From Adineta vaga (Eukaryota > Animalia > Rotifera), in assembly GCA_021613535.1 (NCBI GenBank), contig CP075492.1:13950001-14014000 (forward strand): DNA of 64,000 nucleotides, in the 5' to 3' direction. Position 1 is the stretch's first letter. Each line of letters begins with the position of its first letter. Both the position numbers and the translations under genes were made by a program. The notes beneath the pieces are model-generated. The model was not told the DNA's origin, made no database searches, and was given only the letters and a program-made list of their open reading frames with translations. This document shows, piece by piece, positions 58,559-64,000 of the stretch.

Positions 58559-61423
58559 CTTCTATCGCTCGTTATAACAAGTCTATTTCCATCTAGAAGA
58601 AAACTGTTCTACTTTTCTTTTACATCGAATGTAGCAGAAGTTTGAAAAAGAAATTCTATAATATCTCGAGCACATCGAAGAAGATATAAATAAATAAAGA
58701 GAGAAAAGAAGCGAATGTCTATTTTGCGCACATAATTGTCACCTATTTTGAATAATCACTTCCGTATGCATGCATTCATCTATGATAACAAGTGAGGAAT
58801 ATAAATCAATCATAAAAGCTCTTTCTGTCATACCATTATGTATGTAAATGACTTCTATAGAAAGAGTCGAAGAATTCTATATATATATATATACTTACTT
58901 ATAGATAATTAGAAGAATAGTTAATGTTGCAAAAGCAAGAAAATTTTGACTTTTAAAAGTAATATAATGATAGATTCTTATTAATCTATTTATAGATGCA
59001 TTGATTATATAAGTATGAACTGGAAAATATCTAGAAATAGGAAAACAACAACCGATTATTAGTTCTTGCTTTTCTCTCCGCAAGATAAAAACATAAAAAT
59101 ATTTTTCAGTTCGCATAGTTAATGTCAGAAGTTTGAACTGAGAGACTTATATATTTATATATAATTTTATTCGGACTTTTAGCGAAGTAATAGACAGGTT
59201 TTGTTTTGTTCTATGTCGTGAGACATTTTTCTCCAATAGAAGAAAAAAAAGCTGTCTCCTTTTCTTTTAACAGTTTGCAAACATCATTAAATGGAGAGTT
59301 TTGTTTTTGTAATATAGAATGCCATTAAATCTATGTAATGCTTTACTAGATCGAATAGTCTATCATGACACAAAATCTAACCATAACGAACAGAAATATT
59401 ATTTTTTTATCCATCCTATCCGAATGAAAAAGCACATAAAAGAAATAGAGTATCATCCGATCGAATAAAGAGATGGAAGTTAATAATTTACTTATTTTAG
59501 TACATGGATATCGAATATTAGAAGAAAGACAGATTTCCATCCAAAGAAAAAGATTGAATATTAATTAATTTCGGTGCACAACCAACGATAACTGTGTATT
59601 TCTTTATTGCTTATACAATTTTCGATCAGGTTTACTTCGACTATCTGAATATTTAGATTTAGTGCTTGAAAAAGAGAAAAAAATGAAATGATATTATTCA
59701 CCTCAATCGAAAATATACGGATGGTTCGAATATTCAAACAGGATGGACATATTTATATGTAGTGGATTATTGAGAGTTATGTGAAAAGCAAAGTGTATGT
59801 TTTATGAAGTAGCTTGATAAAACTTTTCTATTTCTAGAAATTTCATTTTAGGGTGCACTGTTGACTTTCAAGACTGATGTATTTCACAAAATAATCAGTT
59901 ACTTTTGTTTGATATATTTAACTTGTTTTTGACGGTAACTCAATATACTAAATATATGATACGATCGTGTCAAATAAGATTATAAAAGTAAAAGAAGTCA
60001 ATACCAAGGTCTATGAAGTTCAATAACTTAATTTATATAGAATAAAATTCAAATTTTTTCTTACAATATCAATAATTATATCGTATCTTATCAAAATAGA
60101 ACAGTGTTCGATACAATTGCTATTACAATCATTTGATTGATTTTCTACGAAAGAAACATATCAATAAAGTACCTCAAATATAGTGCTAGATGGACAGAGA
60201 CACCTTCGTTATTTGCCTTTTAAAAATTTATCATCTCGACACTTTTGTAATTCAAACTAAAATGGTATAAAATTGTTTACTTTGCATTTCTTCCATTTCG
60301 TTTATATAGTTGATGCTTTCATGTTTTATTTATGGAGAACGGAAAAATATTTTGCGTCCTGTCGTTGTCTTATAGTAGTAACATGAGAAAACAAACATGT
60401 CTACAGTATTTTTCAGCATATTACATAAAACACGAGACAATGTCGATCATGAAATGTATCCATACGAATTCGTTTTCAGAAATATTATCATTTGGTATAT
60501 TAAAAAATGCAGATTTTGAAAAAATCGAACAATAAACCTTGAGATAATATTATTCGACATCAAACATCAAAACATTTACCAAGTAAGCTTTTAGCTTATT
60601 TTGTTAGTCTTTCTTTCGTATTTTTTTACTAAGCACTTGTTTATCGTTCTGTACTTGCGTTGGAATTCAGTCTCAATAGATATGGATATAGTTAGTCTTT
60701 ACTGTTCTAAATGAATTGCAAATCTATACTATCTTCATCAATATATTTTCATTTATATTTTACTAAAATTAAAATATTTCGGAAAATAAAGTTAAAAAAA
60801 TTAACCTGTAGAAATTATTGGTTATATATTTTCTAATAAACATCATTTTCTATTTTTGTGACTAGCGACATCTTTTTTTTTATTTTCATATGCATCTAAA
60901 CCAGAAACTTTGAATAACTGAGATTTCCAGTCAGATACATTTATATTGGGAAGAAAGTCGAGAATTTTCTCAGTATATGTTCTTGATCATAATTACTTAA
61001 ATAGTGAAAATTAGCGTCAGTAATAGCTAGATTGACTTTTAAATACAAAATATTTTTCTCGTCTTTATTCATTCTCTTGTTAGCAGCATTAAGAAGTTCA
61101 ACACTTCTAGCCTTTTATCTATTTAGAATTAAATGTTGACAAATAAGTGAAAGTACAGATATCAATTTCAGTATTCTATTTATCTCTTACTTTCATTTAC
61201 ACTCTAATAATATAATAACTTTATCTATATATGTTTCAAAACGTTATGTGAGAACATGTTTGCGAGCTTATGACGGTTTTGTATACTGTTGTGTTATTTT
61301 GATCACATTTCTGTCGATTAGATATATAAGAAAAAAGAAAATTTTAATCTTTCTCTCATCATTTGATTACACAAATACTGCTTTTATATTTTAGATTGAG
61401 AAAATTCAGAAGAAAAACTTATC

Positions 61424-64000
61424 ATGAATGAATCGCTTATAAATCATCTATTTCTTCCACAATATCTACCATCATCTGCTGATGATGATTATTTAATCGG
61501 AAAAGATCATCAATATGAATATAAATTATTAGAATATATCAATGAATATTTCTGTTCAATTCGAACGACTGATATAGCAATAAATTTGCCGATATTTCCA
61601 GTTTTGATTGATTGTATTAGTCGTTGGTCTCACTTACAAAGTCTACAAAACATCTCTGTAACAGATATCCAATCGACCATTGAACAATTACCATCGAATC
61701 ACTTTCTACCTCTTTATTTTCATGCTCAAAATGCAGCGATTCTAATTGAAATAGATGAAAATAATGTTAATCAACCGCAAATATCAGCTTGGCAAGTTTT
61801 ATTATCAACTGAAATGATTACTTCTTCATTAATGCCACATTTCTCCTGTTTTCCAGTAACAACATACAGTTTACATGATAGATCAGAATTAACTTCTCGC
61901 GTTCATTGTGAATTATTAAGAGATTTTATGCTTAATACAATTGAATATTCAAAAGTTTATAAATGTTCCAATGAACTTGATGAAATACGTGAAGTTCCAC
62001 AATCTCATTACGTATGTCGCTGGTGGATTGAACAGTTTAAAAATATACAAATCGAAAATTGTTTTCATAAATCTATTCAATTCAAGAAAAAACATCGTGA
62101 TCAAATTCGATGGAATCAAACTAATCTTCCTTTTCGACGTTCAGGACTATGGATGACTATCAAAGTAGTCTTACATACAGTCTTAGTTAAACGTTTACAA
62201 TATTTTGGTACTGTTGTGTACAAATTATTAATTACTCATTTTTTAACTTATGTTATTCAGAAGATATCAATGCATACAGAATTATTAGTACATTGTATCA
62301 GAAAAATTGTTCGACGTTTGAATAAAATCGAAAGTCACACAATATCAAACGATGCCAAGGATCTAAATCTATGGATAGATCATACGATGCAAGAGATTGA
62401 GTCTACAATTAAGCGACTCATTCCTGAATCGAATTGGCAAAAAACAATTCAAAATACTTCAAAGCTCAATCAATCTTCACTAACAAAGGATTTAAAACTT
62501 AGTAGTAGTAAAACTCATCATCATGCATGTCGAAAATTGAAAGCTTATTTAAGAAATGACTGCAATTCAAATAATACACCTATTCCAACGCAGAAAATCA
62601 AAATTTATGAAGATTTAACTCCTGATAATCATAACGATTATATACCTTCGTTCGATGTATTAACAAATCGATTAGGATGTACAATTAGTAACGCATTGAC
62701 TTATATGGAAATTTGGGTTCAGTTGTGTTTAGAACAATGGATCAATAGTTGTTCGCCAACTATAAATAGAAAGAATCGTTTCGAAATTTTATTTCATTTC
62801 TATGAAAAATATCAGAGTGTTGCATTGACGCATTATTATTCAAAAAATGGTCCTTCTGATTCATTAGGTTACAGTCAATTTATTCTAACATCATTAACGA
62901 TTATACAACTAATGCATAAAAAATTATGTCGAGATCAACGATTCAATCGATTACAACTACATACTATAGATATTCCTAATTTGATGAAGTTGTTTGAATA
63001 TTTAACATTACCAAATCGTGATGATATGATTAGAGCATATAATCTTTATGATTATTATGATGAATTTCGTGACAAGGAATATCCTGATCTTTTGAACGAT
63101 ATAAAATCTAAACATGCGTTTGGTGTATCTTATGCAGCTCAATCATCTTCAATGAATAATGATTTAGAGAGAATTCGAATTGAAGCAGAAAGGGACAAGG
63201 AAGATAAAATAGCAGAAGTTGTAAATGCAAAACAAAAATATTTTCAATTAATGAAGGAAATGGATAATCATACTTGTGAACCTTTTGAAATTCATAATCC
63301 AAACGAGTGCCATCGGTGTAAACTTAGTCGTGAAGCAAATAAAATAAAAGTCAAAGTGTTTGAATGTCCAATACCAATCGAACAAGAAAGTGCATTAGCG
63401 GTCATGTTTGAATTGCAGATGCCTGTTGAAATCAGATGTTATCGAGATATTCTCTGGCAATTTATCAATCGTGGTCAAACAGAACCAATGAAAAAGACTT
63501 ATGAATGGTTGACTATTCCTACTCATGCGAGTAAATTAAAACCTTTCTATACTAATTCAATAGACTGTAAGGTTAAATTAATATCTTCTACGAAATCAAT
63601 AAGTCAATCACATTATTCTCGTCCACCATCAATCGTATTAACATCTGTCGAAAAATTTTTATTCGAAAACACTGTAAAAGTAGAAATTACTCCAACTAAT
63701 CCGATTGACTTCGATGATGAACATCGTATTTTAACCCCTCAACTCGAACATTCCGATTATAAGCAATTACAATTTGCAATAATGAATACCGAATTTTTAC
63801 AAAATAATGTTATCACTCAGATAAGTGATTGTCCATCACGTTTAAAATCAATACAATTTATAGAATTTGGCTCATTTCGATCAGGACATCGTTTACAATG
63901 GTGGAATCTTTTGATGCTTTTCGAAATGGATTCTTTATCAATTGCTGAAGAAAGTGTGGCGATATTACTTACTCATTCATTACTTCAATACGGCCCTGTG
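61424..64000 (+). CDS. N-terminal 859 codons of a giant fungal-type DUF6606 / DUF3638-DUF3645 family protein; continues beyond the window
   Basis: Open frame from ATG 61424 to the window end: NHLFLPQYLP, HAQNAAILI, KKHRDQIRW...LPFRRSGLWMTIKVVL, FECPIP...AVMFELQMP, FIEFGSFRSGHRLQWWNLL, LQYGP. Confidence 0.8.
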   Translation, partial: MNESLINHLFLPQYLPSSADDDYLIGKDHQYEYKLLEYINEYFCSIRTTDIAINLPIFPVLIDCISRWSHLQSLQNISVTDIQSTIEQLPSNHFLPLYFHAQNAAILIEIDENNVNQPQISAWQVLLSTEMITSSLMPHFSCFPVTTYSLHDRSELTSRVHCELLRDFMLNTIEYSKVYKCSNELDEIREVPQSHYVCRWWIEQFKNIQIENCFHKSIQFKKKHRDQIRWNQTNLPFRRSGLWMTIKVVLHTVLVKRLQYFGTVVYKLLITHFLTYVIQKISMHTELLVHCIRKIVRRLNKIESHTISNDAKDLNLWIDHTMQEIESTIKRLIPESNWQKTIQNTSKLNQSSLTKDLKLSSSKTHHHACRKLKAYLRNDCNSNNTPIPTQKIKIYEDLTPDNHNDYIPSFDVLTNRLGCTISNALTYMEIWVQLCLEQWINSCSPTINRKNRFEILFHFYEKYQSVALTHYYSKNGPSDSLGYSQFILTSLTIIQLMHKKLCRDQRFNRLQLHTIDIPNLMKLFEYLTLPNRDDMIRAYNLYDYYDEFRDKEYPDLLNDIKSKHAFGVSYAAQSSSMNNDLERIRIEAERDKEDKIAEVVNAKQKYFQLMKEMDNHTCEPFEIHNPNECHRCKLSREANKIKVKVFECPIPIEQESALAVMFELQMPVEIRCYRDILWQFINRGQTEPMKKTYEWLTIPTHASKLKPFYTNSIDCKVKLISSTKSISQSHYSRPPSIVLTSVEKFLFENTVKVEITPTNPIDFDDEHRILTPQLEHSDYKQLQFAIMNTEFLQNNVITQISDCPSRLKSIQFIEFGSFRSGHRLQWWNLLMLFEMDSLSIAEESVAILLTHSLLQYGPV

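Noticed and set aside
58600-61400. Short ORFs and possible RNA genes in the long AT-rich intergenic region
   Set aside because: No motifs, no coherent exon chain and no tRNA-like structure recognised.

Overview
AT-rich, gene-dense eukaryotic (animal) genomic DNA with many short (~50-60 nt) GT-AG introns. The mix of gene families (LDLa/EGF receptors, ART-TPR, F-box/LRR, FG-GAP and LamG secreted proteins, FkbM, divergent GPCRs, and many genes resembling bacterial or fungal families) is typical of a bdelloid rotifer; this is an inference. About 25 genes or gene fragments were reconstructed by hand. No rRNA, tRNA, CRISPR array or intact transposon was recognised. Highlights: (1) an intron-containing AsnB-type amidotransferase whose catalytic Ntn cysteine sits exactly behind an R-10/R-3 mitochondrial presequence; (2) a set of secreted modular proteins in which bacterial-like terminal domains are joined by phase-1 introns to PAN-like, EGF, Cys-repeat, His/acidic or mucin stalks, possibly with alternative terminal exons; (3) a VIT-vWA protein carrying an embedded R-SNARE motif; (4) a USP8-type N-terminal domain fused to an RBR E3 ligase; (5) an intronless T4 Rnl1-like RNA ligase inside a cluster of foreign-looking genes; (6) a secreted peptide precursor with a tandem 64-aa repeat; (7) two head-to-head truncation scars. 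Several otherwise intact genes have single-base frameshifts next to short homopolymers, which are probably assembly errors. Family assignments come from motif recognition only; no database search was run.
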